A stretch of 64,000 bases of DNA from the human T2T-CHM13v2.0 reference genome, Homo sapiens, in the NCBI RefSeq assembly GCF_009914755.1, contig NC_060943.1; one strand, given 5' to 3'. This document shows, piece by piece, positions 49,499-64,000 of this stretch (position 1 is the stretch's first letter; each line of letters begins with the position of its first letter). The notes beneath the pieces were generated by a model that saw only the letters and a list, made by a program, of their open reading frames with translations, had not been told where the DNA came from and ran no database searches. The position numbers and the translations under genes are program-made.

Positions 49499-50146
49499 CC
49501 GTGGTTCTCAACCAGGGGTCCTTCTGGTCCCCAGGGGATGCTAGGTGGTGTCTGGGGGCATTTGTGACTGTTATGACTCAGGGATGCTCCTGGCGTGGAG
49601 TGGGTGGAGGCCAGGGATGCTGATCAGCACCTTGCAGTGGCCAGGACAACCCCACCCCAGAGAACGACCCAGCCCTGAATGCCAAGGGGGAGAGACTCTG
49701 CCTTAATTATTTGGAAAAATATTGTATCTGCTCCCTGTTCACACCAGACACCAGAAAAAATTCCCGATGGGGTGGATGGCAGAAACCAAGGGGGGCCCCA
49801 GCTCCTGGGATTCTCCTCCTCTCTCCCTCCCCACTCAGGGTGTGGATTACAATGTGTGCAGCCTCCTGGAACCTCAGGAGGACAGAGGATCATGAGACAC
49901 AGAGTTTCTTGGGGATCTGTGGAATCCCCTAACCCCCGGGGGTCTCACCTGGGGGTGATTCTGCCCCCCATGGGGCACTGGGCAATGTCTGGGGACATCT
50001 TTGGTTGTCACAACTCAGAGTGTCCCTGGCATAGAGTGGGTGGAGGCCAGGGACGCTGCTCAGCACCCTACAGTGCCCAGGACGGCCCCACCTCAGAGAA
50101 CGATCTGGCCCCAAGGTCCACAGTGACAGAGAGTGATAACCGCTGC
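49499..50146 (-). repeat. Inverted MER20-core-MER20 cassette, copy H (core about 49700-49932)
   Basis: ccactcagggtgtggattacaatgtgtgcagcctcctggaacctcag is the reverse complement of the core; outer end ccgtggttctcaacc is an ancestral-type MER20 terminus. Confidence 0.85.
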
Positions 50147-50516
50147 CATAATCTATAGGACTGACCATAGCCACATGCATATGGTCACACAAACATGAGT
50201 GTGACTGTCCCTCTGACTCAAAGGACAAAGCCAGTCCCAACCTTTCTAACCCTGCCACCTGTGCTGACCACCAGTGGCCTCTGTGTGGATGTTAGTTAGG
50301 GTTCAGCAGCCTTAGGAAAACAGAACACCAGGCATCCAGACCTTCCACTGTGGCCCTGAGTGGAAGAGGAGGTGGCGGTGGCCGACGCCAACACTGTCAC
50401 AGCAAGAAACAAGAGAGTGGGTGTGACTGTGGTCACTTCCATCTCAGGGCACATGCTACATTGAGGAAGTAAAACCTGGGGGGAGCGAGATATACAAGAA
50501 GTGAAAGGTGACTTGT

Positions 50517-50566
50517 AGAATGTTCTGGAATCTTCCAGAAGCTTCTGGAAACTTCCAGAATTTTCT
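50517..50566. promoter_or_regulatory. Heat-shock element array, 10 perfect alternating nGAAn/nTTCn units
   Basis: agaat gttct ggaat cttcc agaag cttct ggaaa cttcc agaat tttct. Confidence 0.75.
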
Positions 50567-51820
50567 GAAATATAGTAGGTATTGTGGCATAGCAAGGCTT
50601 TGGATTCAGAAGCTGCTGGGCTTGGGCACGGAGTCAAAAAAGTAACAGAGTAAAAGCCACGGAATGCAAACTTCCAGGGATGACATGGTTGCCACACAGT
50701 GGGCAGGTGGGTCACACCCACTGTACACAGGTGACACTTGGCTCTTTGAACTCAGTCACCTATTATGGGTGGAGGAACCAAATCCTGGGATGGGGTAATA
50801 AATGCATACGGTTTCAGTTTCCCCATCCACAACACAGGGAGAAGAATCAGATAAGGTGTCCAGTCTCGGAGGGTCCTGGGCAGCAGGCAGCGCCTCCAAG
50901 ATCATCACCTCCAACCCTGATTCTGCCAAGCCCCAGCCTGGTAACTACTTCTCTCAAGGGGTCCCAGCTCTCAGAGCTAGGAGTGGCCTTCAACGCCAGG
51001 TCTACACCCCATGCCAACAGAATCCCTTCCCTGACCTTTGCAGCAGCCAACCCATCCTCCGTCACGCAGCCTTCGACGATCGGAAACCAACAGCTTCCCA
51101 TGACGGTCCCTCCTATTTCCAGACAAGCCTGATTCTTAAGCCAGCCCAGCCAAGCTACAGCTCCTATCCCATCTCCCCAAGAACAGACTTCATCGTTTTC
51201 TGAATTTGGTCCACGCCCATGGTGTCCGTGAGGAAAAATAACAACATAAGTAACATATAGTACAATGCTAATTTTTTGAGACAGGATCTTGCTGTTGCCC
51301 AGGCTGGAATGCAGTGGTGCAATCATAGCTCACTGCAGCCTCAACTTCCTAGGCTTCCAAGCAATCCTCCTGCCTCAGCCTCCCAAGCAGCTGGGACCAC
51401 AGGTGTGCACCACCATATCTGGCTAATTTTTAATAAATTTTGTAGAGATAGAGTCTCACTATGTTGCTCAGGCTGGTCTCGAACTCCAGGGCTCAAGCAA
51501 TCCTCCCACCTAAGCCTCCCAAAGTGCTGGAATTACAGGTGTGAGCCACCACACCCAACCAATACTAATATTTATACATAATATATTGAATAATATTAGC
51601 AGTGATTCCAGCAATAACAGTGATAACCAGGACCACCACCCATCCAGGTGACAGCCTCATAGTCCATCCCAATCTTTTCAATGACCCTAGGGAGTGATTC
51701 CTATCCTGTCTGACACACAAGGAAACAGAAAGGTTCCATGTTTTCTTCAAAATTCACACAGAAAGAAAGTCACATGGTGGCTAAGTAGGCATTCTAAATC
51801 CAATGCCTCACCATGCCTAC

Positions 51821-51880
51821 ATTCCAGAAAACTCTAGAAGGCTCTGGGAGTTTCTAGAAGGTTCCAGAAGATTCCAGAAC
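51821..51880. promoter_or_regulatory. Heat-shock element array, 12 in-phase units (last 6 perfect)
   Basis: attcc agaaa actct agaag gctct gggag tttct agaag gttcc agaag attcc agaac. Confidence 0.7.
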
Positions 51881-52804
51881 CCTCCATGATTCGCCACCTT
51901 TCACTTTTTACATATCCTATTCCCCCAGGTCCCACTTCCTCAAAGCAGGACAGAATTTTCAACCCCTTGCATTCCCATCTGCATCTTCACCTTACTCATT
52001 GTATTAACTCCAGGCACCAGGTAGCACCTTCCTAAATTACCTGGGCTTGGCAAGACCTAAATCAAAGACATGACCTGCTCAGTAGTCCCAGATGTGAAGA
52101 AACTCAAACTCCAATGCCAGAATCCCTTAAAACAGAACCAGTCAGTGTCCACAGCTCTATTAGGCTTGACCCACAGTGGAGAAAGATGAGAAACCCACAG
52201 GGAGAAAAACAGGACCGTCTTCTTACAGTCTAAGACTGTCAGCCAGGCACGGCAGCTCACGCCTGTAACCCCAGCATCTTGGGAGACCGAGGAGGGAGGA
52301 TCGCTTAAGCCCAGGAGTTCGAGCAGCCTGGGCATCATAGTAAGACCTTGTCTCTTTTTTTTTTTTTTTTTTTTTGAGACAGAGTCTCGCTCTGTTGCCC
52401 AGGCTGGAGTGCAGTTGTGCGATCTCGGCTCACCACAACCTCCACCTCCCAGGTTCAAGTGATTCTCTCTGCCTTAGCCTCCCCGAGTAACTGGGATAAC
52501 AGGTACCCGCCACCATGCCCGGCCAATTTTAGTATTTTTAGTAGAGATGTGGTTTCACCATCTTGGCCAGGCTGGTCTCAAACTCCTGACCTCAGGTGAT
52601 CCACCCGCCTCGGTCTCCCAAAGTGCTGGGATTACAGGCATGAGCCACCTTGCCCAGCCACCTGTCTCTATTTTTTAAAAAATTAAAACATTTTAAAATT
52701 AAAAATTAAAAGCTCTGAAAAGTGACCACATAGACTAACAGTGGGTTTTTTAGCAAAATACACTTAACACAAAATTTACAATTTTTTTTTTTTTTTTTTT
52801 TTGA

Positions 52805-52909
<105 letters not shown>

Positions 52910-53358
52910 TAAGTAGCTAGGATTACAGGCATGCATCACCACGCCTGGCTAATTTTGTATTTTAGTAGAGGCGGGGTTTCTCCATGTTGGTCAGGCTGGT
53001 CTTGAACTCCCGACTTCATTCGTTTCTTTTTTGAGACAGGGTCTTGCTCTGTTGCTCAGGCTGGAGTGCGGTGGTGTGATCACAGCTCACTGCAACCTTC
53101 ATCTCCCGAGCTCGCATGAGGGTCCCCATGTCCTACCTCCCCGTGAGCCCTTGTGATTGTTTGTTGTTCTGGTTTTTTAATTCTAGCCATCTTACTGGGC
53201 GTGAAGTGGTATCTCACCATGGCTCTGATTTGCATTTCCCTGAGGACTGACGCGGAGCATGTTTTGAAGTGAAACCGACAGTTTTTGTTTCTTTGACCCT
53301 CCTGTGTAACCCTCCCAAGTAGCTGGGACTACAGGTGTGCCCCAGCAGGCCTGGCTAA

Positions 53359-53599
<241 letters not shown>

Positions 53600-53779
53600 T
53601 AGTCAGGATGGCTTCGATCTCCTGACCTCATGATCCGCCCGCCTCGGCCTCCCAAAGTGCTGGGATTGCAGGCGTGAGCAACCTCACCCAGCCGGTCTCC
53701 AACTCTTGGACTCAAGTGATCCTCCCACCTCGGCCTCCCAAAGCGCTGGGATCACTAGCATTAGCCACATCACCGGGCC

Positions 53780-54435
<656 letters not shown>

Positions 54436-55214
54436 TAACATGAGGGGTCCTGGTATAATCAACTCCACAGCTAGAAGGAAGCCGGAGTTTTACCTGGAAA
54501 AATGTGCAAGGAAACGTGGCTGGTTCCATCACGGAGATGAAAGAGTTTGTGCAAAATGCAGACAGAGCCATCTCATAAAAGAGCTACAGGGCGAGCTGGG
54601 CACGGAGGCTCACACCTGTCATCCCAGCATTTCGGGAGGCCAAGGCGGGCGGATCACGAGGTCAGGAGTTCGAGACCAGCCTGGCCAACATAGCGAAACC
54701 CCGTCTCTACTAGAAATACAAAAATTGGCCAGGCGTGGTGGCACGCACCTGTAGTCCCAGCTACTCAGGAGGCTGAGGCAGGAGAATCACTTGAACCCGG
54801 GAGACGGAGGTTGCAGAGATCACACCACTGCACTCCAGCCTGGGCAACAGGGCGAGACTCCATCTCAAAAAAAAAAAAAAAGAAGAGCTACAGGGAGGCA
54901 GGGGTCATCCCTGCCCCTGCTCCCACCCCATCCGGTGAAGTCTCCCACTCCGCGCCATGAGCCTTGGTTTCCTCATCTGAAGACAGAGCCTCAGAAGAGC
55001 TGCCAGGGGTTGCTCTGGGGGTAACTGCAATGCTGGGGTGAGGGGCAATCGGAAACCTGCAGCTACAACTGTAGGAGTGAGGGAGGCATTCAAATAACAG
55101 TCTACTGCATTCTAGAAGATTCCATCCTGGGCTCACTGAATAAGGACTCCCGGCAGGACACGGTGGCTCACGCCTGTAATCCCAGCACTTTGGGAGTCCG
55201 AGGCGGGCAGATCA

Positions 55215-55603
<389 letters not shown>

Positions 55604-56231
55604 CTAATTTTTTTAAAAAGACTATTTTCCCCGGAATACCTGCTAGATACTCTCCACGCCTTCTGTGTGGTCTTCTTACCTGCTCTTGAGGTAGGAGCCT
55701 CTTCTACAGATAAAGCCAACAAACAAAAACGATGCTCAGGCCAAAGAAGAAGATGCAGGCTCTGATAAAGACTGGCAGTGGGGAGGCGGGTGGGAGCCCG
55801 GAAACTTCAAGGTGTCACTGAAGCACAAGGTGACATCAGACAGGGAGAAGAAACAGGGGAGCTGGAGCAGGCGGAGATGGTGAAAGCCTGAACCGAGGGC
55901 ATTCCAGGTGAGGAGAAAAACAAGAGAGAGACCCTGGAGGAGGAGGGAGGGAAATTACCTGAGCTGTGAAAAACCTGCCTGGGGCTGACCGGCTCTTGCA
56001 CAGGGACGGGCCAGCTCGGGCAGGGACGGGGTTGCTGCCGGGAGGTACCCGTGCAGAAACAAGAAAGGAGCTCCTGCAGGGGCTGGCTAGGGAGCTGGTG
56101 GACAGCATCGGCCAGAGGAGCTCAAATCCGCCCTCAGCCCCAGGGGGCCGAGCTGCAAAAGCGACGTCAAATGGACAAAAATCCCACCGGGCACAGAAGT
56201 GCGACCAGCAAGTCTATGGGTTTAAAAATAA

Positions 56232-56605
<374 letters not shown>

Positions 56606-56639
56606 TGACAGGCGTGAGCCACCGTGCCCGGCCCGCACC

Positions 56640-57530
<891 letters not shown>

Positions 57531-57573
57531 ATGAAGAGAAGGCTGGGTGCAGTGGGTCACACCTGTAATCTCA

Positions 57574-57906
<333 letters not shown>

Positions 57907-58052
57907 TCACGAGGCCCCGTCCACTGTGTGTCAAACGTCGGATGCCCAGTAACGTCCGTGACCGCCCGGTGTCCTCCTCCCGAGACGAGGGCCTGGTGGG
58001 CAGGGGACGGCCTTGAACACCCAGCGACACCCTGCCGTTGTTTGCCCAGTGA

Positions 58053-59073
<1,021 letters not shown>

Positions 59074-59157
59074 TGAGTAGCTGGGACTACAGGCGCCCGC
59101 CACCACATCCAGCTAACTTTTTGTATTTTTTAGTAGAGACGGGGTTTCACCGTGTTA

Positions 59158-59885
<728 letters not shown>

Positions 59886-60231
59886 TCATGATGCCGGGCG
59901 CGGTGGCTCACGCCTGTAATTCCAGCACTTTGGGAGGCCGAGGCAGGCAGATCACATGGTCAGGAGTTCGAGACCAGCCTGGCCAACACGGCGAAACCCC
60001 ATCTCTACTAAAAATACAAAAAATTAGCCGGGCAAGGTGGCACGCACCTGTAATCCCAACTATTTGGGAGGCTGAGGCAGGAGAATCAGTTGAACCTGAG
60101 TGAGCTGAGATCGTGCCACTGTACTCCAACCTGGGCAACAAGAACAAAACTCTGCCTCCAGATAAAATAGCCGGGCGCGGTGGCTCACGCCTGTAATCCC
60201 AGCACTTTGGGAGGCCGAGCTGGGCAGATCA

Positions 60232-60521
<290 letters not shown>

Positions 60522-63089
60522 TCAGTGCTCTGGGGAAGTGGGGAGTTCCCTCAGCAAGAATGACCTCAGAGTAGCTGGTAGGTGGGCTAAGGCCACCTGG
60601 GCTGGGAGAACCAGGTTAACAGCACCAGTAGGAAGTCACCAGGGTCTCAAGGATCCCCAGCAGGGAGAGAGCAACAGGGCACCTCACCCCTACGTGTTCT
60701 TTCCCGAAACCCGTAACCCCGGTCTGATCACGAGAGAAATATCTGACAAACCTAGATCAGAAGTAAGTCTGCACAATACCCAGCCGGTCCCCCTAAGACC
60801 GTCCAGGTCACGAGAGGTAACGAACATCTAAGACATGGTCCCAACCTGGAAGAACCCCCGGAGACGAGCCGGCTAAATGTCACGTGGGATTCTAGATGGG
60901 TCCTGGGGCAGGAAAGGACATTAGGGGAAGATTAATGACATTTGAATAAAGTGTGGAGTTGAGAGAAATGAACCCATTGTTAGCCGGGCACAGTGGCTCC
61001 CGTCTGTCCTCCTAACACTTTGGGAGTCCGGGGTGGCAGGATCACTTGTGTTCAGGAGTTCGAGACCAGCCTAGGCAAAATAGCGAGACCTCATCTCTAC
61101 AATAAAACAAAAATTAGCCAGGCACGGGGTTGCGTGCCTGTGGTCCCAGCTACTCAGGAGGCTGAGGTGGGAGGATCGCTTGAGCCCAGGAGTTGGAGGC
61201 TACAGTGAGCCATGATCACTCCACTGCACTTAGCCTGGGCGACAGAGTAAGACTCTGTCTCAAAAAAAAATGTAAATGTAAATTTAAAAAATATTACTTT
61301 TAATGGCAAAGACCACAATTATGTTTGCCCCAACATAATAAATACATACAATAAATAAATAAATAAGAAAAAAATAAACAAAAATAAAAATAATGCAAAA
61401 AAAAGGGGAAAAAAAATGCCAATCATACTATGCATGGCACCGTGTTATAGGGGAAAAAAAATAATTATATAAAATTGTTCCCAAATCATTAAGCCCTTCT
61501 CATTATGGAGGCTACAGGAATAAACGCTCCTAACAAGACCACATTTGGGCCGGGCTCGGTGGGCCTCCCAGCACTTTGGGAGGCCAAGGCGGGTGGATCA
61601 CCTGAGGTCAGAAGTTCGAGACCAGCCTGGCCATCATGGTGAAACCCCGTCTCTACTAAAAATACAAAAAATAGCCGGGTGTGGTGGTGGACGCCTGTAA
61701 TCCCAGCTACTCAGGAGGCTAAGGCAGGAGGATCACTTGAACCTGGGAGGCGGAGGCTGCAGTGAGCTGAGATGGCGCCATTGCACTCCAGCCTGGGCTA
61801 CAGAGTGAGACTCCAACTCAAAAAAAAAAAAAAAAAAAAAACCATATTCGATGCAATTCTCTGAAGTTAACTGTTAGAGCTCTGACAACACAGAGGCTGA
61901 AATGACATGACAAATGCTAAAGTACAAAGTTCCAAGATCAAGTCCCAGCATGACCACTAACTCGTGAAACCTCCAGACCTCAGTTTTCCCATGCATAAAG
62001 CGTGCGAGATGGACTCGAGGGCCAACACGCTTTTTCGGTAAGAGTCCAGATACCCAGTGTTTTCAGCCTTGCGGTGGAGCCACTCTCTACGGCAACGACT
62101 TAACTACACCATGGTAGCAGAATACACAGAGCAGTGTGCCAATAAAACATTATTTCTGGACACTAAAATCTGAATGCCATATAATTGTCATGTGTCATGG
62201 CCTTTTCTTTGACTTTTGTTTTTTGCTTCTTTTGGCGGCGGGTAGAAGCAGGGCTTCCTTTGACTTTTTTTTCCAACCATTTAAAAATGGAGGCCGGGCA
62301 CGGTGGCTCACGTCTGTAATCCCAGCACTTTGGGAGGCCGAAGCGAAAGGATCACTTGAGGTCAGGAGTTCGAGACCAGCCTGGCCAACATGGTGAAACC
62401 CCATCTCTACTAAAAATACAAAAATTAGCCGAGTGTGGTGTCAGGCGCTTGTAATCCCAGCTACCCGGGAGGCTGAGGCAGGAGAATGGCCTGAACCGGG
62501 AGGCAGAGTTTGCAGTGAGCCGAGATCACACCACTGCACTCCAACCTAGGTGACAGAACGAGATTCTGTCTCAAAAAATAAAATAAAATAAAAATAAAAA
62601 TGGGATAATCATTCTTAGCCCAGGGGCCATATATAAAACCAGGCTGTGGGCCAGAGGTGGCCCAAGGGCGGTGGTTACTGACTCCTGGACTGGACGTGCT
62701 CCAAGCCCCTTCCTCAGCTGCCTTTCTAAGATTCTCTGATTACAAATCCATGTGAGTTTTTCTATTTCAACCTGTTGGCTCAGGTCTTTTTTTTTTTCTT
62801 CTTGAGACAGGGTCTTGCTCTGTCGCCCAGGCTGGAGTGCAGTGGCACAATCTTGGCTCACTGCAGCCTCCACCTCCCAGATTCAAGCAATACTCCCACC
62901 TCAGCCTCCTGAGTATCTGGGGTTACAGGCACGCACCACCACGCCCAACTAAGCTTTGTATTGTTAATAAAGACGGGGTTTCACCATGTTGGCCAGGCTG
63001 GTCTCGAACTTCTGACCTCAAGTTATCCACCCACCTCAGACTCCCAAACTGCTGGGATTACAGGTGCGAGCCACCGCGCCCGGCCAGGG

Positions 63090-63390
63090 CAGTGAAACTA
63101 TAGGATACCACAATGGTGGACACGTATCCTTACACCCTTCTCCAAACCCGTAGAATCTTCAACACCAAGAGTAAACTCCAATAGAGACTGGGGACTCTGG
63201 GTGACAATGATGTGTCAACGTGGGTTCATCCATTGTGATTATAACGAATGTACCACTGTGGTACGGGGTGCTGGTAATGGGGGAGGCTGTGCCTGTGGGT
63301 TGCAGGGAGGTGTATGGGAACTTTCTGTTCTTACCGCTCGATTTTGCTGTAAACCTAAAATAGCTCTAAAAAAATAAAGTCTATTTAAAA
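63090..63390 (+). mobile_element. L1MC/MD-type 3' end fragment
   Basis: caacaccaagagtaaact...gggtgacaatgatgtgtca...tgtaaacctaaaatagctctaaaaaaataaagtctatt. Confidence 0.7.
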
Positions 63391-64000
63391 ACCCAACTGT
63401 ATCTTTGTACTTTAATGCAATAAAAGAATCATAAAATCATTAGAAATGGTTTCAGCCTGGCTCAGTAACGCATATCCGTAATCCCAGCACTTTGGGAGGA
63501 CGGGACCGGAGGATTGCTTGAGCTCAGGAGTTTGAGACCAACCTGGGCAACATGGCGAGACCCCATCTCTACTAAAAATGGAAAAATTAGCCAGTCGTGG
63601 TGTTACATGCTTATAGTCCCAGCTACTCAGGAGGCTGAGGTGGGAGAATCACTTGAGCCTGGGAGGCGGAGGTTGCAGTGAACCAAGATTGCATCACTAC
63701 ACTCCGGCCTGGGCAACAGAGCAAGACTCTGTCTCAAAAAAAATAAAAATTAAAAAAATAATAATAAAAGGAAAAGAGCCGGGCGTGGTGGCTCACGCCT
63801 GTAATCCCAGCACTTTGGGAAGCCGAGGTGGAAGGATCACCTGAGGTCAGGAGTTCGAGACCAGCCTGGCCAACATGGTGAAACCCCGTTTCTACTAAAA
63901 ATACCAAAATTAGCTGGGCGTGGTGGCACACGCCTGTAATCCCAGCTACTCGGGAGGCTGAGGCAGGAGAATTGCTTGAACCCGGGAGGCGGAGGTTGCA

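Overview
Human (primate) genomic DNA, extremely Alu-rich and GC-rich. I recognise it as 19p13.3, inside the minus-strand GNG7 gene: a 57-nt 5'-UTR exon lies at 18494-18550 and the intronic MIR7850 hairpin at about 2977-3057; both identifications are from recall, not a database search. No protein-coding exon is supported, and the ORF track is almost entirely Alu, simple-repeat and VNTR artefact. Three main classes of observation. (1) A locally amplified composite repeat: a ~230-bp core I cannot assign to a known family, always joined at the same junctions to a GC-shifted MER20 variant as MER20-core-MER20 direct-repeat cassettes (8 copies with the central block, 2 partial, both orientations). 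This suggests spread through MER20 homology rather than ordinary transposition. (2) An old inverted duplication at 50.45-50.61 kb / 51.79-51.95 kb; each arm carries a very long heat-shock element (10 perfect nGAAn units in one arm) plus retained PU.1/IRF-like motifs. (3) Several template-switch or templated-insertion scars, one of which created the MIR7850 hairpin, and motif-amplifying tandem repeats (63-64-bp VNTR, 4x MER58 NFI array). Repeat-family names rest on remembered consensus sequences; boundaries are approximate.
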